Assembly: GCF_964204645.1 (NCBI RefSeq)
Contig: NC_134025.1
Span: 3,472,001 to 3,536,000, forward strand
From: Tubulanus polymorphus
Taxonomy: Eukaryota > Animalia > Nemertea
DNA length: 64,000 bases
Reading direction: 5' to 3'
A program made the position numbers and the translations under genes. This document shows, in pieces, positions 53,201-64,000 of the stretch (positions are counted from its first letter, which is position 1; every line of letters begins with the position of its first letter). Below the pieces are notes generated by a model. That model saw only the letters and a program-made list of their open reading frames with translations. It did not search any database and had not been told where the DNA came from.

Positions 53201-55307
53201 CAGTGGTACACCTATATATTATACAAAACAACTAAAGCACAATTCGATGACTATATGTATGTAACAGTTCACATAATGAAATATACCGTTACATTGTACC
53301 AGTAGAGATTAATCAAATAACTATGGTATCCTCATGCAAACAACATGCATCGCAGATGTGTTTCGACTATAGCAAATAATTGTTCATGTTTTGATGCGGA
53401 TATTTTGCCCAAATGACTATACATGTATCTAACAGACAGCTGTAGTTGTCACAAGAACACAATGTTCGTTTACCTTGTCTGTGAATTGAGCCGTTAACGA
53501 AAATTCGAGCAATAATAAGTTGACCGTGTTGAGCTGTAACTGTGATTCCCTAGCACGAGAAAATAATATCATCGCGCTTTTTACTAACTACAATGTTGTT
53601 ACGATGATTTTTTTTTTTTTCGATAAAAGAAAATAAACTAAGAGAAATCAAAGAAATCATCCATATCCAAGACCATCAACCCATAAAACTAAAATACCAC
53701 TACTGGAAAGATTTTAAATCAGTTCAATTCGTTATGATTAGAAATATTATTGAGCGTAGGTCATATAAATAGCAAGAACAACCCGATTGTTAGAAAACAA
53801 TCCTGTATTATTCAAAACGCTACCTCTTGATGGTCGTATTATGCGATAAATTTGACGTACAATTCATAAATAAGAGGAGAGTGAAGTTAGGGGTTTAGTG
53901 CATTAATGTAACTCATCATTCAAAGAACAGAACATAAGACCGTTAGTGAATGTACTAATTATTTGAAATGATTGCCAGGTTCTGTTCATTAAATGAATAC
54001 GCAGTAAATATACCAGAACTAATCTAATCAACTACACACTACCAATCAACGATAAACTAAAACCACACATTGATTAAAAGGAAAGAGCAAAGATTATTAG
54101 TGAAGATGATGGCGAGGTACCTTGACGTTCGATAAAACTGTCACTCATAATACGCGCTACAACTAGATCACCTTCTTCTTTAACTACAGTAATTCCCTAT
54201 ATCATAAAAATAGAATCCGCATACTTTCATCGAAGAATGAAAAACAATTTGACATAAACGTTATTTCAAATATAGTCCTCTTATCACCTCTAAAAATAAC
54301 GCTAACAAATCGGAAACACTTATTAAAGCAAATCGACGCATAACTTCCAATAAATTACATGTTTTAATGAAAACAACCAAAAGTTAAAACTGTAATCTGA
54401 GAAAACACATCTCTTCATTCATAAGGCATGCGTAGATCTCCCGGACATGGAATATCAAACATTTCCTTAAAAATGGTTACATACCAAGGGTTCATTTGCA
54501 GCTTTTCTAATTCCAATCATCTTTGCCTCTTGTTGCGCTTTGGGGGTACGGTTATCGAGACCCTGTGGTTGGGAAACTGTTTCAGCTACAAATGACTCAA
54601 CAAGTGGATCGTACGTTTTACTAGCAACGTCATCATGAGTTTCCAATAATGACTAAAAGTATAAAACAGAAAGCTATATCAACCATAGGTATCGACAAAC
54701 AAAGACAGATGAAACTAGGGTCCAGGGACACCAGGCTCACTTAGTGAAGAAATGCATGACAGAACAGGTGAAAAAGATAAGGTATGGAATCGATCATAAT
54801 GATAGTTCATTCATACTCACCCTAACATAAAGATTCGTCAATAACTTGCGAAGTTCTTCAGCTCTGATATCCTTATTCACTTCATCATCTATTTCGACCA
54901 ATACATCTTTGAATAATGCCAGTGAATCTGAAGTCACTGCATCTGGTAATTCGTCCACATCCAACTCATCATGAGTCTTAGGAGAAATGAAAAACAAATT
55001 TCATGCAGAATTTCTAAATCAGTTAACTGCTGGAGTCTTTTAAACGCAACATACCTTCATCAATGCCATCAATGCCGGGTCATTAAGGAAATTCTGTAGG
55101 AACTCAACGTCTTCATTGTCAGTCATATCCAATTCATCCATAGCTGATCTTACATGTTCGAGGGCAACTTAAAAAGAATGAATGTTCATTTGAAAACAAT
55201 TAATTTCTGCAAAAGCCTCAACATTTTCTATAACTGAGTTAAGACCATTGAGAAAGTTTCTTGCACCTACCTTCCCCAGACTCTTCTGGACTAGCAGCAC
55301 CAGGCAT
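50204..55307 (-). CDS. MPP2: MAGUK p55 subfamily member (MPP2/MPP6/varicose-like): L27-L27-PDZ-SH3-HOOK-GUK
   Basis: PDZ ([12 protein letters not shown]...[16 protein letters not shown]), SH3 ([20 protein letters not shown]), GUK ([25 protein letters not shown]) and C-terminus [12 protein letters not shown]2 versus MPP6 cannot be resolved. Confidence 0.9.
53474..53549 (-). CDS. MAGUK PDZ mutually exclusive exon B ([26 protein letters not shown])
   Basis: 76 nt, ag|GGA...CAAG|gtaaac, phase 0-1. Confidence 0.9.
54121..54196 (-). CDS. MAGUK PDZ mutually exclusive exon A ([26 protein letters not shown])
   Basis: 76 nt, ag|GGA...CAAG|gtac, phase 0-1. Confidence 0.9.
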
Positions 55308-55489
55308 CTTGACAATTGATTATGACTTATTAAGTTATAGCTCGACAACTACTTAATTTTTCGTCACCTGCTGCTAGAATGAGATTAAAATCAACTTCAT
55401 CATGTTTATCTATGAACGAATGATTAAAGAAAGAATTGCCAACCAAAATAAATCTAGTTTTAAAAGTTTACAAGCCAATTATTACGAAC

Positions 55490-55498
55490 CCGGAAGTG
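55490..55498. promoter_or_regulatory. ETS/GABP-type motif CCGGAAGTG upstream of the MAGUK start
   Basis: Exact motif about 190 bp upstream of the ATG; the same motif lies upstream of YARS1. Confidence 0.4.
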
Positions 55499-55879
55499 AA
55501 CATGAAATCTCGATTTTGAATTAAAAATGCAATTTATCATTCTCTATTGCAAACTTTAGCTTCAGAAAATTATCCCGAATAAAAATCAACCAAACGTTGA
55601 ATGTAATTACAATATGCATTAATTCTCTATACAGTGATTCATCACTGCAGTAGCCAATAAAATGACATTTTGCAATATATTTTGACCCCACCTTCTTGTT
55701 GATTCAGGACGCCATTAACACAACGCGAACTACGGTGCATTGCAATTAACCTCAGCTTGGGCAACCTCAGCATTGGCTACAGGGTCGAATCCCGAATTTA
55801 GTCGAAAAATAATAGCCCGCACTGATTTCTCATCGTGGTTCAGGGAATGATACCTGGCTGCTAATATATTAGTCTAAGG

Positions 55880-56095
55880 ACTATTTCAACTTGACTTGAG
55901 AGCATATCAGGTGGCTTAGCTCACTCAGTTTTGCCAGTACATACAAGTCTTATTAGGACCAGAAAGCACTGGCTGTCCTTGATTCAAAACATTAATCATA
56001 AGATACCAAAAAGTCTGCATTGAAAGGGGTTCATGAGAGAAAAGATTTGAAATCATGTCTTTAAAATATGTGTCCATGCCTACCAACTGAAGTTG
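55880..56095. mobile_element. Diverged copy of the interspersed repeat that forms the fold-back at 62993-63462
   Basis: Shares ctatttcaacttgacttgagagca, tagctcactcagttttg, taggaccagaaag, ttgaaaggggttcatgagagaaaag and catgcctaccaactgaagtt. Confidence 0.8.
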
Positions 56096-57495
56096 AAGGC
56101 CATGTTAAATTTTCAATGGAGGTCACTTTCGTCACCTTTTCAATGACTAAGACTTTTTGGATATCCCTCCACGCATAAGGGCCATATACAACGGGTACGA
56201 TTAGTTCATGTAACTCATGTAAGTTCATGTAACTCCCAACGGAACTATGAAAGCACCAAACAAGGTACATCAGTATTTTTTACGTGGTAGCCCTAGCGTG
56301 TGGATCCTATCCCGGATGTGTCCTTCAAAATAGTCTCTGATAAGAATTATTTTGGTGAAATCTTTGTGCGCTTCCGAGTGCGCGACATTTAAACCAGCAA
56401 GGCAGAAACCAATTGTCTCTGCTTTGCAGCTATATTTAGTTTTGTTTTTTTCTACCAAGCAGCAAATCTAGGAATCGAATTGAAATGGGAATCAATATGC
56501 GCTATCTGATGCACTGACGCAGAATAATGAAATGAATTTCATTTTCCGGCTCAAATTAGATTTTGATGGATGCTGCGATGGACCCACAAAATCTTTTCGT
56601 ATTTTCAACTGCAATCTCGAAATATGAGACCGCATAAAATGCTTCGATTAATTCTCGAACCAGATGATAAATCGTCCTTTTTTTCAAGTATTAATAGATT
56701 CATAGTGAGTCAAGATGAAATCAACGATCTCGACCACCGCAATGCAGCCGTCAATCAGCAATGCAGCCGTCAAGGTGAACGATTGTTACATGGGCAGTCT
56801 GCTGACTCGATCACATTTCACAGTCCGTCCTTTCACTTCCTTCGATATGTTTCTTCGATTCCTTTGAAGAGCGGGTTCCTCGGTAAAACTGATTCCCCCC
56901 TGGACTTTTTAGCACCGTAAAATATACCGAAAATCGATCAATTTCGGTCATTCTCCGATTTCCACGAATGAAATTGAAAACTATAACCCCCCCCCCCCCA
57001 TTGATGAAGTTCCGCCCAGATGCTTGAATACGGAGAATTTTCACCCCGAAAATGTGGTAGAAGTTTTGAAAATTTTCTACGCGAGTAGGCCTTCTCTCAG
57101 TATCGGACATTTGGAATGCATGGGTACCAGTAACTAATTACTAAAAGTTCCACTTTCGTGGAATCGAAATAATAATAATCATTCATCATCGTCATGACAA
57201 AAAACCGAAAGATAAACTAAAGATGAAATTTCATTGAAAAATGAATAATCATGAAGCGAAAGGTGTTCGGGTGCCGTTGGGACTGAGTAAATTCCCTTGT
57301 CCCAGTCACGAAAGAAAATCATTGATTTTAAACCCTTTGGTTTTTGTCCATTCGACCTTTGCATCAATATCATAGTGATGATCTCGACTTAAAAACGATC
57401 TCATGAATTTATTCATCGTCGGTACTTCGATATCCAGTCCAGATGTCTGGTGATGATAGTTGAGTTAATTCATTGACAATCGAGTGGACCGGTTC

Positions 57496-58521
57496 ATGAT
57501 TGACGACGGCATATCGTGTTGCAATTCATCGTCATTAACGATGGTGCGAGGACGATTAAACAGAGTTTCTTTGATAGTTGTATCTGTCATAATAATTTCA
57601 AATTTTACTTTTCTTTGGATTTCCGATATAACTCACAGAGAGTCAAACGATGCATTGACTGCGGATGATGAGAAATCGAGCGAAGACAAAATGGATATTT
57701 TCGTCGATCTAAATGACCTGAAAGCAATCGAAGTACCACAGAACTTAAGAACTTTTGCGACAGGACTTTCGACGGAAGACAGGGTAATCTACTTGTCTCT
57801 CATCTCCGATTTTCATGATATGATGAAAAGTAATAATTTGACGTATCATCTTTATGGAGGTAGTTTACTAGGAGCTTATAGACATCATGGTTTCATACCA
57901 TGGGACGACGATTTCGACGTTCAAATAAACATCACTGATTTGGAGAAATTACGCGCAGTGTTTAAAAATAGGAAACACAATACGCGATTGAAATTGTGGA
58001 GTACAAATATCAATGATGGTGGACATCAGTGGAAAATATTTTATTCGCACATCAAAAGTACGACAAAATTCAAGTGGTCATGGCCATTCATCGATATTTT
58101 TCCGTATTACTACAACGAGACCGTGATCCAAGACGCTGCGCGGTATTCATGGATTATTTTCAACACGTCAGACGTTTTCCCTCTCGTTACGGCGCCTTTC
58201 ATGGGTTTACGACTACCGATCCCAAAAAACTGGAGACGAATTTTAGATAAAACCTATAATCCGTTTCCTCTCTTTAAATACCGAGATATCCGAGAAATAT
58301 GTTCATCTCGATATTGGAGCCATCGATACGAAAAACTGGTGAAAGCAAAGATGGACGTTCCTTGTTACAAATTGAGTGAATATCATCCATTTGTGAATCG
58401 GACATGTATCGGTGAATTGATCACGGAAACGCTTTACATTCGTCATAAACGGTTGCATTCTTGGAGTTACAGGAAAAACAAAGTGAATTCTCCAAGAGAC
58501 GAAACTATTAAATGTCTCTGA
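57496..58521 (+). CDS. LicD/fukutin-family nucleotidyltransferase-fold type II membrane protein, intronless
   Basis: N-terminal TM segment (VSLIVVSVIIISNFTFLWI), LicD signature GGSLLGAYRHHGFIPWDDDFD and WPFIDIF. The start may be ATG 57496 or 57541. Confidence 0.88.
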   Translation: MIDDGISCCNSSSLTMVRGRLNRVSLIVVSVIIISNFTFLWISDITHRESNDALTADDEKSSEDKMDIFVDLNDLKAIEVPQNLRTFATGLSTEDRVIYLSLISDFHDMMKSNNLTYHLYGGSLLGAYRHHGFIPWDDDFDVQINITDLEKLRAVFKNRKHNTRLKLWSTNINDGGHQWKIFYSHIKSTTKFKWSWPFIDIFPYYYNETVIQDAARYSWIIFNTSDVFPLVTAPFMGLRLPIPKNWRRILDKTYNPFPLFKYRDIREICSSRYWSHRYEKLVKAKMDVPCYKLSEYHPFVNRTCIGELITETLYIRHKRLHSWSYRKNKVNSPRDETIKCL

Positions 58522-59337
58522 TTATTCAACTGGTCATACATCGAAAATTCAAGCCTCAAAATCATCTTGTAACGAGGTATTTATCTACATCGAATAAAAG
58601 GAATGCAATAAACAAGAGTATTTCATTCATTTCGTTTTTAGATTCAAAACAAGGAATTATATCCCGGGAATATCCACCGATTCTGAACGTTGTTCCCCTC
58701 GAGGTCCTCACAGATACGGTTGGTCTCACCATTAGGGAACGATGGAAACAAAACTGCCTTAGGCTTGAAACGGCAAAGAATAAACGGAGTCATCATATAA
58801 TACGGCCATAATTGAAATGTATTTAGAAAGCACATGATTCCTGCACAGTAAATGTATTTGATGTAAAAGGCATATCATTGATCATCAGCAAAACAAATAA
58901 CATCTGTATCCATCCAAACAGGATGATATACCATGAATTTTGATTACAATGAGATTCACTATCCCCATCTCATTTAACAGCTCTTCATATTTTACCCAAT
59001 TCATTGTCGTTTACACTCCTACATTATTAAGTAAATATAGCCTAGATATAAACTAAAAATATCTCAATAACTCAAAATCCATTTACACAATACACTAAAT
59101 ACAGAATCTATACTAGAATTTATAATCAAGAAACAACATTAACACCCAGCCTCGTATAAAAGTCGAAGAATAACAATGGCTGCTGGGTTTTGATTCCACA
59201 GTTGTGACCACTGTATCCCGGACTGAACACCAATCATAGTTTCTTCACGAGGAACCTTTGTCACAAATCGGAATGTGCTCTGCAAGCCGCACACAATAAA
59301 TAAGTAAATAGAAATGTTGCTCGGAAATGTCTAATTA

Positions 59338-62254
59338 CTATCTGATCGGTACTCCTGTCAGTGAAGTCGAAGTCACTATTCCTTTATCAGTCATGATCGT
59401 ATTACCGATCCATTCAGCTATCTTCTCATTATTCACACTCATCTCTTTCTGCAATGATAATAAAGGAGAACGTGCCAACGTTTATTCTGAGCATATTATC
59501 CGATACCTAAGCGAACTTGGTAACATATCAAGATTACTTCATGTGATGCCGACAAAAACCATTAGATGGCGCACTAGCTACTCTCTTTTTTCCTCTATAC
59601 CATTGCATGGTTGGAGCGTAAATCAATCTATGCTATCCTAATCTACCGAGTGCAGTGAATATGAACTTACTTGTACAGCTTCCCAAACTTTCTTTTTAGG
59701 GTTAAGCACTTCATCGGGTATTTTATCCATATAACCATCGGCAAACACTTTATCACCCGGAAGAGCCCCTTTTGGTGCATTTAATGGTTCTACTTTCCCT
59801 GATTCCGCACTGCAACGATGAAAGTGAATTATTTGATACAAAATTAATGATTAGCAATTCAGACGTATTTATGTGGAATCTAATTGGAAAATTGCTCTTA
59901 CTCGGAAGCGCATAGCAGCATGGCAGTTGATAGAACACCCTTCATCTTCGCTGGTTTGAGATTACAAAGGAAAACTCCTAAATAACCGTTCAATTCTTCC
60001 ATGGGAACTTTTCCATTAAGTCCACTGACGACTGTTCGTTTTTCATCACCGAGATCTACAGTTTCTATAAACAGGTGGTCCGCCTCAGGATGCTGAAAGA
60101 AGTTCATCAAGATACAATGATTATTTATCATTATTTGAAATATTTTTTGTCGATGAGACAGTCACTCACAATATACCTTTTCAACAGAGGTAATTTTTCC
60201 AACTCGCATGTCTAACCTTCCGATATCTATCTCTTCTTCCGCTATTTAAAGTAGTCAACGCAAATCATTAGAGATGAAACAGTTAATAGTTTTGGATTTG
60301 CCAAAAGATATAAATCATTCTTACTTTTTGCTGGTTTAGGTGGGTATGCTGCTAGAATGAGTTTTTGCAACTCAGGGTCTTCAAAATCTTTTCTAATTGG
60401 CTCCAGCAGCAGATTCAATTTCTTTTCCACGGCAGTCTTTAAATCTCCTGGATGAACTTCCTACATTCAACAAAAGAACAAAGATTAATGTAAACAACTA
60501 AACATGCATAAAATATGAATACTAATTAATACAAACCATTTTCTCAAAAGCTGCTTCTAATTCTTGGTAATTCTTGAAATGCATGTTTCCACCATGTTCT
60601 TCTTTTCTTTCGATTTCAAAATCTGAAATTTTCAACCAACTTTGAACATCTACTTCTTATTCTAATCAATTCAAATAACTTTTCGGAATTCTTTACTAGA
60701 AAAATTACCATTATTTGGAGCGAGTGGAATCAACACTGATTTTACGAATGAAAGGATTCCGTTATCCTGAACATTTCCTGGTTCACAGAAAGCTTTCTTG
60801 ATCTTTCTCTTTACAGCAGCTGGTGGGTCCAATAAATCAATTTTTGAGTCTTCCTCCGATGAACTCATTTTAGCACCAGACAAACCGGGCACTGAATGAA
60901 ATACATGTTTTTCCATAATCATTGATTAAAATCGTTCATTTAATTAATGTCTACAGTTTAATCAAAATGTCACTTAATACACCAACTTACCCATAGGGTT
61001 CATCAAGTGCACTCGTTTTCGGTATCCTAATTTTGGTATGTACTGCAAAAATTGATTCATTTCAATCGAGTTCTTTAAATTTGATAGATGAATTCAATTC
61101 AGAAATCTAATAGAACCCAATTAATTCCCATTATTTTTGCCCGACGAAATTAACCCGATTTATGAGAAATTTGAATTAAACGTACATCTGTGGACCATAT
61201 AGATTAAAATCAGGATTACACTACTTTGAAGTGGGTTTTACTGCATTTACCTGTTCAGCAAATGTGTAAATCTTGCGTTGATCAACGCCACCAAAATGAG
61301 CATCACTGTCCAAATAGACTTCATCCAAAGCCTACAAAATATCAGGTATATGCAGATAATTCAAAAATTAATAGAATTTATGTAGAATCTACTGTAATTT
61401 GTAAATCATCGAACAATTACTTGTAATGTGGGGTAAATCATTCCACTCAATAATGGACGGGCGACTTGCTTTACAACTTCAGCACCAGCTTTCTTAGCGT
61501 CGTGTTCTGTACATATCGATGACATTCTGTAAACATCTAATGTGAATTCTCTGAAAATGAGAATTGAATTTATTTTATCATGATTCCACAATTTTTTTGG
61601 ATAAATGGCAGCAATCTGATCCTTGAAAAATATTGAACTAATAACTGGCATATTGTGAAGATAAACCTATAGTAAAATTGCTCTGTAGTGCTCTATATTC
61701 TTCTACCTCTACTGATGAATTTATATATGAATGTTATTTTCCTATACTGGATTCTCACATGAGATTAAAACTACATCTTTACTTACCTTTTCAACTGAAA
61801 GTCAGAACCCTTAACAAATCTCAGTTTATCCGTGTTGACTCCAATTGATCTCAACATTGATCTGATCAACTTCTCGTAATATTCAGCTCTAAGACTCAAA
61901 AGCTCCCACGGCGCTTTCATATTATCCAGAAAAGCATGCAAGTCAGCAAACAATATGGTGACCTGTTACAAAGAAACGTTTTCAAGAGTAAGAATTTCAT
62001 TTCAAATTATATTTTTTTGACAAAATGTAAATCAATCTTACCTCGCAGTTGGCTCTTAGAAAATCAATAATCTTCACCATAGCCACGAAGTAAGCGATGT
62101 GAGGTCTACCAGTCGTTGCTGTCCCCCAATGGATGCGAAATTCTCTCTCCTTCAAAATAGCTCTCATTCTATCTACACCGAGAACCTCCTGAAGATTTCG
62201 GCAGATTAAATGAACTTTATCATCGACGGTCAACTTCTTCGCATCTTCGGCCAT
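59338..62254 (-). CDS. YARS1: Tyrosyl-tRNA synthetase, cytoplasmic, with C-terminal EMAP II-like domain
   Basis: [13 protein letters not shown] (HIGH-like), [14 protein letters not shown] and EMAPII motifs ([33 protein letters not shown]). Confidence 0.97.
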
Positions 62255-62615
62255 CTTTTTAATCTATAAAGGCAAATTTGATTCTAGCATGTTAGTTAAG
62301 CAAATTATCGTGATATTTCTGTGCACACTAACCACAGCCCACTGCAAACATCAACACTCAAAACTTTATCTCAAAAAAACTTTTTCAAATAACGCCAACA
62401 ACCTAGCAACCTTAAAAATGAAGACAGTCAAAATCCTGAAAATTTCACGCTTTTTCACACTGCTTTCTGCAATATAACATTTTACCGAAGCAAAAAACAC
62501 TCTCTGGGATTCACTCATAAATCCCCAAAAAGTCGCACACAAATAATGGTTTGTTTTCAAAGGGAATTCAACATCAAAAAGCAAATGGTCAAACAAAGTT
62601 CATGAAATCTTTTTC

Positions 62616-62690
62616 CTAAAGACTTCGGGAGGTTAAATGAACCTTTTCATCGATGGTTAAATCTTTTGCTTCTTCGATCATTTTTCTAAT
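62616..62690 (-). pseudogene. Decayed duplicate of the YARS1 first coding exon (MIEEAKDLTIDEKVHLTSRSL*)
   Basis: Acceptor tttacag, ATG 9 nt downstream as in the true exon, clear similarity to [22 protein letters not shown], with Q replaced by a TAG stop. Confidence 0.85.
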
Positions 62691-62745
62691 CTGTAAAGGC
62701 AATCATTTATTAGTAAAAACAATTAACCTAGAGTCCTTATTCTAC

Positions 62746-62887
62746 CTTATCTAATGGTAGAACATTTTAGATTATGCAAAAATTTCAACACAATCACCAA
62801 ATTTCTCATTCTTAATCTTATCAAATGGACCTTTGCTTCAATAGCTGCAATAGCTAATCTCTTTCTTTCTTCAGCCATTTTGGAAAT
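62746..62887 (-). pseudogene. Second, more diverged duplicate of the YARS1 first coding exon (MAEERKRLAIAAIEAKVHLIR...*, 43 aa)
   Basis: Acceptor tttacag, ATG 9 nt downstream, MAE...KVHLI retained; the stop is followed by a possible donor AG|gtagaa. Confidence 0.7.
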
Positions 62888-62992
62888 CTGTAAAGCAATC
62901 AATGTTGTCAAATTATTACAGAACAGAACTAACTAATATAACAAATCATTTATATTCAATTGCCGTGTTAGTAAGAATTAGTAACTAATATA

Positions 62993-63462
62993 ATTCCGGG
63001 TGGCCTAGCTCAGTCAGTTTTGGTAGTACATACCTGACAAAGGTCTTAGTAGGACCAGAAAGGACAGGCAGTCGACCTTAAACATCGTTTTTTAATCCAC
63101 TTTAAACTGTATTGAAAGATATCCAAAAAGTCTTTATTGAAAGGGGTTCATGAGAGAAAAGAGACTCCATGATTTGAAACTTTAACAATATGTTTCCATG
63201 CCTACCAACTGAAGTTTGGTATGTAGGCATGGAAACATATTGTTAAACTTTCAAATCATGGAGTCAATTCTCTTCATTTAACCCCTTTCAGTGAAGACTT
63301 TTTAGATATCCTTCAATACAGTTTCGACGAATGGATTAAAAAATGATGATTAAGGTCGACTGCCTGTCCTTTCTGGTCCTATTAAGACCTTTATCAGGTA
63401 TGTACTACCAAAAATGAGTGAGCTAGGCCACCCGGAATGCTCTCAAGTCAGGTTGAAATAGA
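62993..63462. mobile_element. Fold-back repeat with about 210-bp inverted arms in the YARS1 5'UTR intron
   Basis: 62993-~63205 is the reverse complement of ~63223-63438 with scattered mismatches; related to 55880-56095. Confidence 0.85.
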
Positions 63463-63797
63463 CATTAAATATTCAGGCATGTACAATATCTACATTCATT
63501 ATACATTTCAAAAGATTTTCGATATTACAACACTTAAAAATTTGTAAAAATTAACATATACTAATTAGATGATTAGGTGATGATTATACTGATCATTTCG
63601 AGTTCTGCATTCATACATTACGGTAGGTGTAAAACTTGACGTTTTACATCGGTACTTAGTTTAACCTAAAAACCGGCAGAAAATCTACCAACACATGTTG
63701 GTCGTAAAATCGACCAATTAGTTATTACTTAGCATCTATATCAAATTCTGATGTTAGGAAATAAAGTAAAATGTGAGAAATCGTGGAAAATGCATAC

Positions 63798-63900
63798 CTT
63801 TCGGTCGCGCGTTGATGAGAACAAACGAGCTAAAAGATGATGAAACGACAATACAGAACGTGAAACTCAACCCGGAAGTGAGGTAACGCTATTTACCGGA
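63798..63900 (-). promoter_or_regulatory. Putative YARS1 non-coding first exon and promoter
   Basis: Donor AAG|gtatgc at 63797, CCGGAAGTG at 63872-63880 and a second CCGGAA at ~63896. Confidence 0.5.
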
Positions 63901-64000
63901 AAATAATATCATTTCCAATCCAAGTCCAAACCCAAGAAAAGGCGTATTCATTTATCGGTTCAACTTATTCGCATATATCAGATATTTAAAATGAAATATA

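Noticed and set aside
61640-61785. Intronic H/ACA snoRNA in YARS1
   Set aside because: Spacing between the candidate H box and ACA is too short for a second hairpin.

Overview
This is AT-rich, gene-dense eukaryotic DNA with many 70-100 nt GT-AG introns, most consistent with an invertebrate bilaterian; the species cannot be determined from the sequence. There are seven protein-coding genes: acetyl-CoA carboxylase (ACC, minus strand, runs off the left edge), CaRF, a giantin/GOLGB1-like golgin with a 10.7-kb exon, an ALK1/2 (ACVR1/saxophone) BMP type I receptor, an MPP2/6-like MAGUK, an intronless LicD/fukutin-family gene and cytoplasmic TyrRS (YARS1). The most interesting signals lie in the unusually long introns. 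They include tandem mutually exclusive exon pairs in the ACC central domain and in the MAGUK PDZ domain, several in-frame cassette or microexon candidates near UGCAUG motifs, a recent Penelope-like insertion carrying a hammerhead ribozyme in the sense strand of an ACC intron, two decayed copies of the YARS1 first coding exon, and a receptor signal peptide with no in-frame AUG upstream. All exon and splice calls were read by eye and have no transcript support.
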